Source: an uncultured Acidobacteriota bacterium (lineage in GTDB: Bacteria > Acidobacteriota > UBA6911). From it: a stretch of 64,000 nucleotides of DNA. Numbering within the stretch: the first letter of the stretch is position 1; the number at the start of each line of letters is the position of its first letter. Of the stretch, positions 9,879 to 19,169 are shown one piece after another. The stretch is taken from NCBI GenBank assembly GCA_963809485.1, contig CAWEJX010000020.1, positions 704,001 to 768,000 of the forward strand, written 5' to 3'. A model generated the notes under the pieces. It was not told the DNA's origin. It did not search any database and was given only the letters and a program-made list of their open reading frames with translations. Position numbers and translations under genes: made by a program.

Positions 9879-10038
9879 GGATCCTCCTCACGCAAAACAG
9901 TACTTCCCATTCCGGGCAGAAGATTAACGACAGATTTCAAGTAAGGCTAAAAAGGCGGGGAAGAAGAGACGTCTGCGCAATCAGCACACAGGGGATCGGG
10001 AATAAAAACGTCTCTCGCGTGTCGCTCGGCATGCAAAA

Positions 10039-10079
10039 AGGCTAGCAATTCAGAACCGCTCGGGTCAATAGTTTTTTTT
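10039..10079 (-). promoter_or_regulatory. Putative sigma70 promoter for the 3D-domain gene
   Basis: Minus strand: A-tract, then TTGACC, 18 nt, TAGCCT. Confidence 0.4.
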
Positions 10080-10202
10080 CAGGGAGAGGATGGCTCAAAA
10101 ATGGGCTCGAGCGATCCCAGCCTTTCATAGGGGAAAGCCAGACTCTGGCTCAGGGAAGTATTCAATACGCTTCTATGGTATCCTCTAAAAGAGAGCCATG
10201 TT

Positions 10203-10565
10203 ATGCATGAATTGGGTATCGCGCAGAACATCCTTGAGATCGTCCAGCAGGCCGTACCGGACGGGCAGAAGGCTGCGGTCCGTAAGGTCCATATCAGGGT
10301 AGGTCAGCTTTCGGGAGTCGTCCCCGATTCGCTGGACTTCTGTTTCAGCGTCATCCTGAATGAATCGCGGATGCCGGAGGCGAGGCTTGCCATTGAACAG
10401 GTGCCGACCATTTCCCAGTGCAGGGATTGCGCGCACCGATTCCCGATCGAGGATCTGGCCTTTGTGTGTCCGGCATGCAAAAGCACGAATCTTGAGCTCA
10501 TTTCCGGCAAGGAACTGGAGGTTGTGGGAATCGAGCTCGCGGACGACCGCGACGAGGCTATATGA
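10203..10565 (+). CDS. hypA: Hydrogenase maturation nickel metallochaperone HypA
   Basis: MHEL start; CRDC and CPAC; GKEL. Confidence 0.95.
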   Translation: MHELGIAQNILEIVQQAVPDGQKAAVRKVHIRVGQLSGVVPDSLDFCFSVILNESRMPEARLAIEQVPTISQCRDCAHRFPIEDLAFVCPACKSTNLELISGKELEVVGIELADDRDEAI

Positions 10566-11218
10566 GCATAATCACCATCGAGCGTAAGGTGTTGGAAAAG
10601 AACGATGAAATCGCCCAGCGGAACCGTACGTTTTTCCGTGACCGCGGGATCTTTGTATTGAATCTCGTCAGTTCGCCGGGGGCGGGGAAAACCAGCATTC
10701 TGGAGAAAACTTTCCAGCAACTCAGAAATTCTTCGAACATCGCCGTCATAGAGGGCGACGTTCAAACCGATCTCGATGCCCAACGCGTGGCACAATACGG
10801 GGTTCCGGTTGTGCAGATCGTCACCATGGGGGGCTGCCACCTGGAGGCAAAGCTTGTCCAGGATGCCATGAAAAGCCTGAATTTGGAGAAAGTAGACCTG
10901 CTTTTCATCGAGAATGTGGGTAATTTGGTTTGCCCTGCCAGTTATGACCTCGGCGAAGCAATCAAAGTGGTGGTTCTGAGCACAACCGAAGGGGATGACA
11001 AACCACTGAAATATCCCGGCATGTTCCGCAATTCGTCCGTATTGATCATCAATAAAACGGATTTGATACCCTATGTGAACTGCAATCTGGACGAACTGAA
11101 AAGAAACGCTCTGCAGATCAACCCGGCGCTTCGGATCTTCGAAATCTCATGCTTCACCGGAGCCGGAATTCCGGAATGGTGTGACTGGCTCAGGAAAAAG
11201 GATGCCTCAGGACTGTGA
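10562..11218 (+). CDS. hypB: Hydrogenase nickel incorporation GTPase HypB
   Basis: SSPGAGKT, GCHL, ENVGNLVCPA, EGDDKPLKYP, NKTD. Confidence 0.97.
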   Translation: MSIITIERKVLEKNDEIAQRNRTFFRDRGIFVLNLVSSPGAGKTSILEKTFQQLRNSSNIAVIEGDVQTDLDAQRVAQYGVPVVQIVTMGGCHLEAKLVQDAMKSLNLEKVDLLFIENVGNLVCPASYDLGEAIKVVVLSTTEGDDKPLKYPGMFRNSSVLIINKTDLIPYVNCNLDELKRNALQINPALRIFEISCFTGAGIPEWCDWLRKKDASGL

Positions 11219-13551
11219 CCCAAAGAATGCACATCACCATCCGAGGAGCCGTCCAGGGGGTCGGATTCAGGCCTTTTGTGTACAGGCTGGCCACGGAAAT
11301 GAAGCTTCCGGGCTGGGTGCTCAATTCGCCGCAGGGGGTTTTCATCGAAGTCGAGGGCGAAGCAGACGCTCTGAAGTCCTTTCTGCTGAGATTGCAGCAT
11401 GAGAAACCTTCGCCTTCCTTTATTCAAAGCCTGGAATTTTCGTACCTGGATCCGGTTCCTTTCGGCAATTTCGAGATACGGACCAGTGATCAGACAGGGA
11501 CAGCCGACGCGCTGATCCTGCCCGACATTGCCACCTGTGCAGAATGCATGTCGGAAGTACTCAATCCTTCCAATCGGCGCTACCGCTATCCGTTCACAAA
11601 CTGTACTCATTGCGGCCCCCGTTTTTCGATCGTGGAATCGCTTCCCTACGATCGCCCCAACACCTCGATGAAATCGTTCGAAATGTGCGCGGAATGCCGG
11701 AGTGAATACGAAAGCCCCGAAGACCGACGCTTCCATGCACAGCCCAATGCATGCCCGGTCTGCGGGCCTGTTTTGGAGCTGTGGGACCCGTCAGGCAGAG
11801 CCATTGCCAGTCGAGATGACGCCCTGGTACAGGCGGCCGTATCTATTCGAGAGGGAAAAATTCTCGCGCTGAAGGGGATTGGAGGCTTTCAGCTGCTGGC
11901 CGACGCACGCAATTCCGAAGCCGTGGAAACACTGCGTCTCAGAAAACACCGCGAGGAAAAGCCTTTTGCACTGATGTACCCTTCCATTGAAGCTGCATGC
12001 GCCGACTGCGCGGTCTCTGAACTTGAAACCAGATTGTTGGGTGCGCCCGAGTCTCCCATCGTCCTCCTCAGTCGAAGGCAGGACGGTTCGCGGCCGACTG
12101 TTTCCACTGCAGTTGCGCCCGGCAATCCCTGCCTGGGTGTGATGCTCCCTTACACTCCCCTGCACCATCTGCTGATGAGAGAGACCGGTTTCCCGGTGAT
12201 CGCAACCAGCGGCAACCGCGCCGACGAGCCGATCTGCATTGATGAGCGCGAAGCGCTGACCAGGCTGAAGGGCATGGCGGATCTTTTCCTCGTCCACAAC
12301 CGGCCAATTGTCCGGCACGTGGACGATTCCATAGTCAGAATAGTCCGGGACCGGGAGCTCGTCCTGAGGCGGGCGCGCGGATATGCCCCGCTGCCGATTC
12401 ATTGCGAACAGGCAGCGTCCGGAATCCTGGCTGTCGGCGCGCATCTAAAGAACACCGTGGCATTGACGGTGGGAAAGAACATATTTGTCAGCCAGCATAT
12501 CGGGGATCTGGAAAACCGGGAGGCCAGCGGCGCGTTTCAACGGGTTATCACGGATTTCCGCCGCCTGTATCCGATAAAGCCTGCTCATATCGCCGCCGAT
12601 CTGCATCCGGACTATCTTTCGACCAGATTCGCCGGCGAAAGCGGATTGCCGCTGATTTCGGTTCAGCACCACTATGCCCACGTTGCCGCCTGCATGGCCG
12701 AAAACAGGATCGAGGGCAAAGTGCTGGGCGTGTCCTGGGACGGGACCGGCTACGGGCCCGATGGAACTGTCTGGGGAGGGGAGTTCCTTTTGACCGATGA
12801 CACAAGCTTTCGTCGTGCGGCCACCTTCCGCAGATTCAGGCTGCCGGGCAGCGCATCTGCGATCAGAGAACCCCGAAGGACTGCTCTCGGACTACTCTTT
12901 GAAATGATGGGAGAAGGCATTTTCCGGGAAAAGGATTCCGATCCTGTCCGCGCTTTCAGCGACTCCGAAATCCCCGTACTTTTGCGGATGCTGCAAAATG
13001 GGATCCATTCCCCCTGGACCACGAGCGCCGGCCGTCTGTTCGATGCAATTGCTTCCATTGCAGGTCTGCGGCAGCGGAACCGATTTGAAGGGCAGGCAGC
13101 CATGGAACTGGAGTTCGCCATTGGCACCGAAAAGACCGGGGAGTCCTATCCTTTTGCCGTCTTAAAAAAGGCAGATCCGGAGCCGGGGAGCTTTCAGGCC
13201 GGTCTGATAGTGGACTGGGAACCCATGATACGCGCAATTCTGCGGGAAGTCCGGGACGAAATTCCCCTGGCACGTATATCCGGAAAATTCCACAATACTC
13301 TTGTGGAGATCATCGTGGAGGTCGCCCGGCGAATCGCGGAAAATCGAGTGATCCTTTCGGGAGGATGTTTTCAGAACAGGTTTTTGATCGAGCATTCGGT
13401 CGAGAGGCTGGAGGCGGAGGGATTCAGGCCTTATTGGCACCAGAGGATTCCGCCGAACGACGGCGGCATTGCTCTGGGCCAGGTCGTCGCAGCCGCCCGT
13501 TTTCTGGGAAAAGTGGCAGAGGATCGATGGACTAAAGGAGCAAAGGGATAA
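11215..13551 (+). CDS. hypF: Carbamoyltransferase HypF
   Basis: GAVQGVGFRPF, zinc fingers, RRFHAQPNAC, DLHPDY, QHHYAH, NDGGIALGQ. Confidence 0.97.
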   Translation: MTQRMHITIRGAVQGVGFRPFVYRLATEMKLPGWVLNSPQGVFIEVEGEADALKSFLLRLQHEKPSPSFIQSLEFSYLDPVPFGNFEIRTSDQTGTADALILPDIATCAECMSEVLNPSNRRYRYPFTNCTHCGPRFSIVESLPYDRPNTSMKSFEMCAECRSEYESPEDRRFHAQPNACPVCGPVLELWDPSGRAIASRDDALVQAAVSIREGKILALKGIGGFQLLADARNSEAVETLRLRKHREEKPFALMYPSIEAACADCAVSELETRLLGAPESPIVLLSRRQDGSRPTVSTAVAPGNPCLGVMLPYTPLHHLLMRETGFPVIATSGNRADEPICIDEREALTRLKGMADLFLVHNRPIVRHVDDSIVRIVRDRELVLRRARGYAPLPIHCEQAASGILAVGAHLKNTVALTVGKNIFVSQHIGDLENREASGAFQRVITDFRRLYPIKPAHIAADLHPDYLSTRFAGESGLPLISVQHHYAHVAACMAENRIEGKVLGVSWDGTGYGPDGTVWGGEFLLTDDTSFRRAATFRRFRLPGSASAIREPRRTALGLLFEMMGEGIFREKDSDPVRAFSDSEIPVLLRMLQNGIHSPWTTSAGRLFDAIASIAGLRQRNRFEGQAAMELEFAIGTEKTGESYPFAVLKKADPEPGSFQAGLIVDWEPMIRAILREVRDEIPLARISGKFHNTLVEIIVEVARRIAENRVILSGGCFQNRFLIEHSVERLEAEGFRPYWHQRIPPNDGGIALGQVVAAARFLGKVAEDRWTKGAKG

Positions 13552-13598
13552 GCGAGTTGATTTCCCTTTGATCCTTTGCCCCTTTGATCCTTTGATCC
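13530..13598. repeat. Facing degenerate octamer repeats (caaagg.. / cctttgat) at the hypF-hypC junction
   Basis: aaaggagcaaagggat followed by ccctttgatcctttgcccctttgatcctttgatcc. Confidence 0.6.
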
Positions 13599-13640
13599 TA
13601 ATCTGAGGTTTCTGTTAAAAGCAAAAGGGGGGAATGAAAC

Positions 13641-13898
13641 ATGTGTCTGGCCGTTCCGGGAAAAATCATGAGCATCGAGGGTGAGGACCCCATTTTCCGC
13701 ACCGGGAAAGTCAATTTCGGCGGGATCGTCAAACAGATCAATCTCGCCTATGTGCCCGAGGCCAAGATCGGCGATTACGTTCTCGTCCACGTGGGTTTCG
13801 CCATCAGCACGATCGACGAGGCGGAAGCACAGGAGGTATTTGAATACCTGCGGCAGATCGGGGAGCTCGCGGAGCTGGAAGAGAACCACACGCCATGA
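13641..13898 (+). CDS. hypC: Hydrogenase chaperone HypC
   Basis: MCLAVPG start; VLVHVGFA. Confidence 0.97.
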   Translation: MCLAVPGKIMSIEGEDPIFRTGKVNFGGIVKQINLAYVPEAKIGDYVLVHVGFAISTIDEAEAQEVFEYLRQIGELAELEENHTP

Positions 13899-14987
13899 GA
13901 TTCATTGACGAATATCGCGACGCGCAGGCGGCTCAGCAATATGCCCGAGCCCTCAAGCGCATCACGACGAAACCCTGGACCATTATGGAGGTATGCGGCG
14001 GCCAGACACATGCGATCGTGAAGTTCGGGGTCGACGAGCTTTTGCCGTCCGAGGTGACTCTGGTTCACGGACCCGGCTGTCCCGTTTGCGTCACACCGGT
14101 GGAGCTGATCGAAAAGGCGATTGAGATCGCATCCCGTCCGAATGTTTTATTCTGTTCGTTCGGGGACATGCTGCGCGTCCCGGGCCTGTCGAAGGATCTG
14201 CTGTCGGTGAAAGCCGCGGGCGGCGATGTGCGCATCGTTTATTCACCCCTCGACGCCCTCAAGCTTGCCGTGGATAATCCCGAGCGCGAAGTCGTTTTTT
14301 TTGCGGTCGGGTTCGAAACCACTGCGCCCGCCAATGCCATGGCTGTGTTTCAGGCCAGCCGGAGTTCGGTGCGCAACTTCTCGCTCCTGGTCTCTCATGT
14401 TCTGGTGCCTCCGGCCATGGAGGCAATTCTGTCTTTCCCCGACACCCGGGTGCAGGGCTTTCTGGCCGCCGGCCATGTCTGCGCGGTAATGGGATACACC
14501 GAATATGAGCCGATCGCCCAAAAGTATCGCGTGCCGGTCGTGGTAACGGGATTCGAACCGCTGGACATTCTGCAGGGCATATATATGTGCATTCGCCAGC
14601 TGGAGGAAGGACGCGCCGAGGTTGAAAATCAGTACTCCCGCTCGGTGCGCAGGGAAGGGAATCTCCCCGCCCAGAAACTGATTCGCGAAGTGTTCCGGGT
14701 TGTGCCGCGCAAGTGGCGTGGAGTCGGGGAAATTCCGCAAAGCGGGCTGGGCCTGCAGGAAAAATACGCCGCATACGATGCCGAGACGCGCTTCGGCATT
14801 GCTCATCACACGGCGGAAGAACCTGCGGAATGCATGAGCGGACTGATCCTGCAGGGCATCAGAAAGCCCCATGGAATGCCCTGCCTTCGGCGTCCGCTGC
14901 ACACCGGAGCATCCTCTCGGGGCAACCATGGTTTCGTCCGAGGGCGCCTGCGCGGCCTATTATCAATATCGAAGAAGAAAAAACTGA
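13895..14987 (+). CDS. hypD: Hydrogenase formation protein HypD (one apparent +1 frameshift near 14873)
   Basis: [21 protein letters not shown]; removing one G restores KPHECPAFG...[12 protein letters not shown] ending at 14987. Confidence 0.93.
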
Positions 14988-15001
14988 CACGAGTTAGACA
15001 C

Positions 15002-16059
15002 ATGGAATCCAAAATCCGGCCCTGCGTTTGTCTGTCCTATCCCGATCGAGCAATATCCCCATGTGCTTCTGGCACATGGCGGAGGGGGCAAGCTGACCAA
15101 CCAGCTGATCGAAAAGATGTTTCTCCCCGCGTTCGGCAACCCGATGCTGGGCGCAAGGCATGACGGCGCGACATTCAGCCTGCCCTCCGGGAAGCTCGCT
15201 TTCACAACCGACTCCTATGTGGTTCGCCCGCTATTTTTTCCGGGCGGAGACATCGGTACCCTTGCCGTCAACGGCACGGTGAACGATCTGGCAATGTGCG
15301 GAGCGCGACCCTTTTACCTGAGCGCAGGATTTATTCTCGAGGAAGGCCTCCCCATGGACACGCTTTGGCGCGTGGTTCAGTCGATGACGCAGGCGGCAAG
15401 CCAGGCCGGCGTCCAGCTGGTCACGGGCGACACCAAGGTCGTGGACCGGGGGAAAGGAGACGGGATCTTCATCAATACGGCCGGGATCGGCGTTGTTGAA
15501 TCCGGGCGCGCCATATCACCCGCCGCAGTCCGGGCGGGAGACTCCATTTTGTTGAGCGGCGATATAGGTCGCCATGGAATTGCGATCATGGCCGTACGTG
15601 AGGGGCTGGAGTTCGAAAGCACAATTCGAAAGCGACTGTGCGGCTCTTTCCGGGATCGTGATGGATTTGCTGGCGGCGGGGATTGAAGTGCACTGCCTGC
15701 GGGATCTCACTCGCGGGGGACTGGCCGGAGCGCTGGTTGAAATCGCAGAAGCAGCCCGACTGCATTTTGAAATCGAGGAGATCGCAATCCCGGTGCTGGA
15801 GGAAGTCCAGGGCGCCTGCGAAATCCTGGGCTTCGACCCCCTGTATGTGGCCAACGAAGGTCGGTTTATCAGCTTTGTGCCCGCCCGGGAAGCGGAGCGC
15901 GCGCTGCAGAGGATGCGTGCGCACCCGCTGGGCGCGCAGGCTCGAATCATCGGGACCGTCGCCGAAGACAATCCCGGCCTGGTGACGATGCGCAGCAGCA
16001 TAGGCGCTACCCGAATCGTCGACATGCTCAGCGGCGAACAACTGCCTCGCATCTGCTGA
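15002..16059 (+). CDS. hypE: Carbamoyl dehydratase HypE (apparent frameshifts near 15012 and 15625)
   Basis: LAHGGGG, TTDSYVV, GDTKVV, SDCA, RDLTRGG and terminal PRIC, spread over three frames. Confidence 0.93.
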
Positions 16060-16238
16060 CAGGCGCATGCGGCGCCGATTGCCGGGTTTCATCTGCCGCC
16101 CGGTCAGCGTCACTCAGCGTTACCCAATACCGGTGCCTCCGCGATTTCTTCGATTGAAGCCCGGATTCCATTTGTTAAATTCGTGGCATTCATGGCAATC
16201 TTCTTCACCGAAGGCCCGATCCTTTTGCGCGCCATGGG

Positions 16239-17600
16239 ATGATCGACTCAAAGGAGACCGTCGTGCAGCTTTTGCAGCGTTTCCAGGAAATCCGCGAAGG
16301 TTTTCAGCCGGCATTCTGGGTAGCCAACATCACCGAATTGTTTGAACGCCTGTCGTATTACGGCGTCAACGCGGTCCTCGCCATTTACCTGCACGAGACG
16401 CTCAAATTCTCACAACAGCAGACAGGAGAGTTGATCGGATTTTTCGGCGGCGTCGTCTGGTTCCTGCCGATCATCGGCGGAACCCTTGCCGATCGTCTCG
16501 GATTCCGCCGTTCGCTTGCCGGCGCCTACCTCGTCCTTGCCTTCGGCTATTTTCTGCTCGGATCCCTCTCCGCTGCATGGATGGCGCCTCTGAGGGATGC
16601 GTTGCCGCTGGCGGTGGTTGTGCAGTTGATCCTGTGCGTGCCCGGCGCTTGGCCCGGCAATCGTGAAACCTTGCGTGGTCGGGACTACCGCGCGCGCATC
16701 GACCGAAAATGTCCGTTCGCTCGGGTATTCCATCTATTACACGCTCGTGAATATCGGGGGCACACTGGGTCCGATCGTGGCGTTCGCGGTCCGGCGCACC
16801 ATCGGCATCGAAAATGTTTTCCGGGTATCTGCCGTCAGCGTGCTCCTGATGTTTTTCGCAACGATCTTCTTCTTCAAAGAACCGGATCGTCTCATCGAGA
16901 AACAGGTTGCGAGTTTCGCCCAGGCATTCAAAAACATGTTCGTCGTCCTGGCGAACGTGCGTTTCATGACTTTTCTGCTGATTTTTTCCGGATTCTGGAT
17001 CATGTTCTGGCAGGAGTTTATTGCCCTTCCGCTCTTCATTCGCGGCTATGTGAATCCGAATGCCGATGTGGATCTGCTGACGACCGTGGATCCGCTGGCG
17101 GTCATTCTCTTTCAGATTCTGATCAGCTATCTTACGCGCAAAATCCGGCCATTCGGCGCCATGACCGCCGGGATACTCATCACGAGCCTTTCGTGGCTGA
17201 TCCTGGCGGTCTGCGACCTCAGCCTGGCAAATCAATACCACCCTGCGGATCGGCTCATGGGATTTGCCGGTTCAGGGGCTTGCCGGTATACGCGGTGCTT
17301 GCACTCGTGGTGCTGGCTATTCGGCGAGATGGTGCAATCGCCGAGATATTACGAATATGTTTCACGGCTTGCGCCGCCCGGCCAGCAGGGCACTTTCATG
17401 GGATTTTCGTTTTTGCCGATCGCAATCGGTTTCGTTATTGCCGGCCAAATCGGCGGCCGGCTCGTGAATTATTTCGGGAAGTGCTGCATCGGCCGAATCA
17501 GCTCTGGTATGTCATCGCGGGCATCGGGGTCGCTGACGACGTTGCTGATGTGGATTTATGACAAGCTGGTGAAACCGCGGCCGGACCAGGAGCATAGGGA
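16239..17600 (+). CDS. MFS transporter, POT/PTR-like peptide transporter (several apparent frameshifts; 3' end approximate)
   Basis: ELFERLSYYG (ExxERF-like), GGTLADRLG, YYTLVNIGG, GEMVQSPR, APPGQQGTFMGF. Confidence 0.8.
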
Positions 17601-17693
17601 AGCAGGTTGGGCAGATGGCACGGATCCCGCCCCGGATTCCGGTGTTTCCGGTGGGATTCGCTTTATTCGTTGTCGTTTTTCAGGGAGGCAGTC

Positions 17694-18411
17694 ATGCAAT
17701 TTTGCGTTGAGGAGAGCGTGTTTCAGATGTTTCCGCAGATTCTGCCGGGGAGTTGTGATGGCTGCCGGCATCGACAACAGCCGTCCATGCCCGGAATTGG
17801 AGGCGCTGCTGAAGGAACAGGAAGAGAAAATGAGGCAGGATCCGGCAATCGACCTGGCAACCCATCCGCGGCTTCTGGTCTGGAAGGACGCGTATCGCCA
17901 GTTCGGCTCCAATCCGAACAAATTCACACCATCCATCGTGTTTCTGGCCAAGCAGGTGAAGTCGGGCAAATCGGTGCGTTCCATTTCACCGGCCGTGGAT
18001 GCGTTCAATCTCATCAGCATCAAACACATCATTCCCTGCGGCGGCGACGACATGGACAGCGTCGAGGGCGATGTGACGCTGGGACGGGCCGTATCGGATG
18101 AAACCTTCGCCCCCATCTTCAAGCCTGAAGAGGTCGAGCATCCGGATGCCGGCGAAGTCATTTATGTGAATCGCCGGACAAGGCGGATGCTCTGCAGGCG
18201 CTGGAACTGGAGGAATGCGGATTTTTCAAAGCTCGCTCCGGAAACCAGAAATCTCGCAATCAACGTCGACGGAATGATGCCCTCCATCAGCCGGGAGGAA
18301 ATCGAAGAGGCGGCGGAAGGTTTGAAGCAGCTCCTGCTTCGCTACTGCGGGGGGAATATCGCCATCCATTACCTGGACATTCAGACCCGCGAAGTGGATT
18401 TCCAGTTTTAG
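17694..18411 (+). CDS. Stand-alone B3/B4 domain protein (putative tRNA-editing); one frameshift near 17737
   Basis: RBS GGGAGG then ATG 17694; WKDAYRQFG, ISPAVDAFNLIS, GGDD, CRRWNWR. Confidence 0.85.
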
Positions 18412-18754
18412 CCAGCATCGGAATCCGGCGAAGCATTGTCCCTAGCCTCCGGCCAAGCCAAGGACTTTGCGGTTCATAGCCCCTTAAGGGGCCCGAATGC
18501 AACCGATTGAAGCAAAAGCAGGTCCATGCGCAATAAATTGCTTTGCGGATATTGGAACCGCAGAATGTCGAATATCAAAAGATGAATTTTGAAGTGCAAA
18601 CCTGACTTGTACGGTTCGATATTCGATATTTCCGTGTCCCTGGTTTCTGTGAGAGCATTCAAAAAGCACTCTTCGTGAGTTCACCTTTTGCTGCCTCATC
18701 GGCAGAGCCGGTGAATCTCCCAACGGATTGGCAGATAGCTGGAGTGCGTGGCGC

Positions 18755-19075
18755 CTACCGTGCGAGATAGCTCCTGAAGATCTTCCGGATGTTCCTGATA
18801 TCCTGGATCCCGATCAGCAGGTCGGCGATGCCCAGCCCGAGGACGGCGCCTTTAAAATAGGAATTGGTGATTACGGGCTGCAGCTGCGGATATTGGTACA
18901 GGAGATAGTTGTTCTCCCATATCCCCATCCACGGGAGATAAAGCAGCAGAATTCCAGCAGCAAAAGGATACAGGATGCGAACGGTTGTTTTGGCCCAAGC
19001 CAGGCCTCGTTCGAGCTGCTTGATCAAACCCGCCGGATTCAGGTTTGCCGGCTGAAGTGAAATGCGGTAGAGCAT
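18755..19075 (-). CDS. Small hypothetical membrane protein
   Basis: Two hydrophobic segments (GILLLYLPW..WENN; KGAVLGLG); start uncertain. Confidence 0.55.
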   Translation of the reverse strand: MLYRISLQPANLNPAGLIKQLERGLAWAKTTVRILYPFAAGILLLYLPWMGIWENNYLLYQYPQLQPVITNSYFKGAVLGLGIADLLIGIQDIRNIRKIFRSYLAR

Positions 19076-19169
19076 GCCGTTGGGAACCGCCCTTCAAGCC
19101 CTGTCTGCGGCCAACAATGGCACTCCGGCACCCGACGGCATAGAACCGGGCTTTGCAGTGCAACGTTTT

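Noticed and set aside
9880-10040. Riboswitch (e.g. c-di-AMP) upstream of the 3D-domain gene
   Set aside because: Only an agagacgt/acgtctct stem is visible; the conserved riboswitch motifs are not.
13895-15163. HypD with a novel C-terminal extension
   Set aside because: The canonical C-terminus is present in another frame after one extra G.
16663-18411. Apparent 582-aa MFS-B3/B4 fusion ORF
   Set aside because: It is produced by the frameshift cluster; the B3/B4 gene has its own RBS and ATG at 17694.
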